Origin: Chloroflexia bacterium
GTDB taxonomy: Bacteria; Chloroflexota; Chloroflexia; QHBQ01; JADMIH01
Length of the DNA: 64,000 nucleotides
Direction: 5' to 3'
Assembly: GCA_036386675.1 (NCBI GenBank)
Contig: DASVVE010000065.1
Coordinates: forward strand, 11,408-75,407
In this document: positions 63,679-64,000 of the stretch, in pieces
How the letters are laid out: each line of letters starts with the position of its first letter
Numbering within the stretch: the first letter of the stretch is position 1
Translations under genes and position numbers: made by a program
The notes under the pieces: generated by a model
Database searches by the model: none
What the model saw: the letters and a program-made list of their open reading frames with translations, nothing else
What the model was told of the DNA's origin: nothing

Positions 63679-64000
63679 TCAGAGGAACAGGCTGGCGAGC
63701 GAAGTCACTCCCATGCCCGCGATGATAAGGCCGGAGGCCCTGTTGATCCACACCAGGGAGCGCCTGTTAACCCTGGCCCGCAACATGCCGACCACCCCAC
63801 TCAGTATGAGCCACCAGAACGCCGAACCGAGAAACACACCGAGCACCAAGAGCGCCGAGGAGCCATAGTCCCGCACCTCCCCGACGATACCGAAGCCCAC
63901 GAAGATGGCGGTGAAGCTTAGGATGGTCGTCGGGTTCGCAAGTGTGAGCAGGAATGTGGACACGTAAGCCCCCAGCAAGCCTCGCCCGGACCCGGCAGCG
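63679..64000 (-). CDS. LysE/RhtB-type amino-acid exporter, 5'-partial (N-terminus lies beyond the window end)
   Basis: Hydrophobic C-terminal half with LysE-family pattern (ANPTTILSFTAIFVG ... LIIAGMG). The ORF is open at the window edge. Confidence 0.6.
   Translation of the reverse strand, partial: AAGSGRGLLGAYVSTFLLTLANPTTILSFTAIFVGFGIVGEVRDYGSSALLVLGVFLGSAFWWLILSGVVGMLRARVNRRSLVWINRASGLIIAGMGVTSLASLFL

Overview
Gene-dense window of about 62% GC from a bacterial chromosome. Protein signatures fit best a Chloroflexi-like or Deinococcus-like Gram-negative-type envelope, but no taxon can be assigned from sequence alone. I call about 50 protein-coding genes; no rRNA, tRNA or CRISPR array was seen. 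Main content:
- A cell-envelope glycan locus at 6.4-17.5 kb. It holds a GT2 glycosyltransferase, a 1028-aa GT2-GT4 fusion glycosyltransferase, a SAM methyltransferase with a coiled-coil tail, an EEP phosphoesterase, Mrp/ApbC and a YfhO-like membrane protein.
- Four dispersed folate genes: folE, folB, and an adjacent folK-folP pair.
- Much second-messenger and two-component signalling: two HD-GYP proteins, a class III adenylate cyclase, two histidine kinases (one hybrid), REC proteins and a LAL-type LuxR regulator.
- A bacterial dynamin-like GTPase.
- An MrfA-like DExH helicase with a DUF1998 domain.
- Three secreted proteins that share an LGFP-like repeat module.
- Housekeeping and accessory enzymes: a GNAT acetyltransferase, rhodanese, an S41 protease, a TolB-like propeller protein, a nitroreductase and two tandem MDR dehydrogenases.
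The most unusual signal is in the non-coding DNA. A family of tandem heptanucleotide arrays (GGATTTY, GAAACGT, CTAACCA, ATTACGA) sits at gene boundaries, often as inverted pairs. Two of the arrays lie inside the 5' coding regions of the fusion glycosyltransferase and the methyltransferase, where unit gain or loss would shift the frame, so they are candidate phase-variation switches. Two further repeat families are present: a 130-150 bp element with 28-40 bp perfect terminal inverted repeats (two copies), and a 170 bp cruciform-like element built around a rho-independent terminator (two copies). There is also a 34-aa CoA-transferase gene remnant next to an AT-rich island.
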